Assembly: GCF_000143415.4 (NCBI RefSeq)
Contig: NW_003314305.1
Location: forward strand, 805,709 to 869,708
Reading direction: 5' to 3'
Length of the DNA stretch: 64,000 nucleotides
Source: Selaginella moellendorffii
Taxonomy: Eukaryota; Plantae; Lycopodiophyta
Shown here: piece by piece, positions 62,401-64,000 of the stretch
How positions within the stretch are numbered: position 1 is the first letter of the stretch
Layout: each line of letters begins with the position of its first letter
Made by a program: the position numbers and the translations under genes
Notes under the pieces: generated by a model
Told to the model about the DNA's origin: nothing
Database searches by the model: none
What the model saw: the letters and a program-made list of their open reading frames with translations, nothing else

Positions 62401-63800
62401 ATCTTATCTAACTCGTACTTTAATCTTTGGATCGTGCCAAAACAAAACAAGATTTATCGAAAATTAGAAAAACGAAGTACTACCAGTTCAGCCAAGCTTG
62501 TCGCAGATGCATTCTTCTCAACACTGTGGAAGGCCACTCGGAAGAAAGAAAAAAATTATACCGGACAAACAGAGCCAGGAGTTTACTCTGCATGCTCGGA
62601 CAACTTGTACATATCTGCGAGGGCACCTTTCAATTGCTCCTCCTGATATGGTGATCAACATGAAGCAATTGTAAATGTAAATAATTAGGAAGTCAAAACG
62701 AGTAGCACCAAATGCCTGTTGTCTTCCTTCAGGACTTGGATGTCGTCTTCCAAACTAGACCTCGTCTGCAATCCTTTACGTGGCAAGATCATACAAGAGC
62801 GTAAGAACGATAAAGTAGGAAACCAAAGCAAGAGAATAAGCAAACCACCTGGAGATGCTCCGCATGAGCGTTCTCAATCAAGGAATTGGCCTCTCTGAGG
62901 CTTCCTTTCAGCATGGCCGTCTCTTTTGCTAGAGCTTCCCTTTCCTTGTAAACAACAGTCAGCCTGTTCTGAATGGCTAGTTTCTGAAAAAAAAGAAAAG
63001 AAAAAAACCATTGATAGGTGAAACTGGACCAGATCATTAAAATCTTACGTCGGTAGTCAAGTCGTATTGCAATGCATCATATTTTTGTTGAAGTGTAGAC
63101 ACCTTCTCTTTGTTCTCTACCTGCAAAGTATAAAAGTTTACAAATCGAATCAACTGACTAGCTTACCTTCAGCCGACTGATCTCATCTTTGTAATAAGCT
63201 CGAAGTTGCTGAGAAAATAATCAAACCGAACATAATATGGACCAAAACACGTGATTAAGCTCTCACATCCATCAGGTCTTTGTGTGAAGCCTCTTGCTTC
63301 ATTTGCTCTTCCTCTTGACGTTCAACCCGGGCCTGAAGTTCAGCCTCGTGCTTTTGCAAAAGAGCCTATCTCGCTCTTTCTTTCAATCCGTTCCTTTTCA
63401 ATCTGGCCAGTGAAAATCAAACAAAGACCAGCATGAAGTTGTCATTCGCACTTAGCAACCTTACCTCTTTTTCGTGCAAATGCTTTGCTTCTTCAAGCTC
63501 CTGAAAGCAAGCATTTAGCCAAATGAGAGCAATAAAAGAATCTTACACACATCTGAAAGATGGCTGATTGTTTCTAGTGTTGTTTGGAGCTCAAGAGCCC
63601 CTTAGATAAACCACGTGGGAAAACAGACTAACACTAAGTCATCCACTTTGTACTTCACAGGTGGACAATGATGGGAGTTGTAGTGCTATTGTTGTTCCAC
63701 TTGTACACGGCCTAAGTGTTCGGTAGACTTTGCTCAGACAAATGGAAGAATGCTCGTCAAATACTGATCCCATGATTTAGCATCAGCAGCTCGTGGCAAT
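59486..63800 (-). CDS. Large multi-exon coiled-coil protein, FAM184-like
   Basis: More than 20 short E/K/Q/L-rich exons. C-terminus ESKPEDVERITYLE...MLNREENYNKIFRSSPVV resembles the conserved FAM184 tail. Both ends approximate. Confidence 0.65.
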
Positions 63801-64000
63801 CGCAAAGGTAAACCTAGCTTTATTGATAATATTGGATCATGACTATATAGGAGTATATATGGTGAAACATTAACAGAATTGTGCACCCCTGTGATATATG
63901 CATATTGAAAAGATGGTAAATAACCATCCTAATCCAAATCCGAATGTTGAGAGTTCACATACTTCATGATTATCCTTTTGAACGTTCGAACAAGCCATTC

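Overview
Compact plant nuclear DNA with many 50-80 nt GT-AG introns, PLS-PPR and F-box debris and a FAM184-like coiled-coil gene. It most resembles a lycophyte such as Selaginella (inference). Four zones. (1) 1-13.4 kb: gene-fragment debris, with a 0.7 kb copia-derived TRIM, a double-module F-box gene, WAK, JMJ22, SCYL1 and PPR pseudogenes, a 2.5 kb near-palindrome and a 100-N gap. (2) 13.9-33.9 kb: an intact gene block (GGT, kinase pseudogene, LBD, Deg protease with a SAP/HeH-like insert, RER1, ZFPL1-like, CYP85-clan P450, J-domain protein, SEC-C protein). (3) 35-54.5 kb: a C-to-T-eroded nest of LTR retroelements whose insertion order can be read from target-site duplications (TSDs). (4) 55.5-64 kb: an ankyrin-PGG membrane protein and a FAM184-like gene. 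The best find is a Cassandra-like TRIM family whose ~190 bp LTRs carry a 5S rRNA internal Pol III promoter. A second LTR family has inserted twice, 19 bp apart, just upstream of that promoter position.
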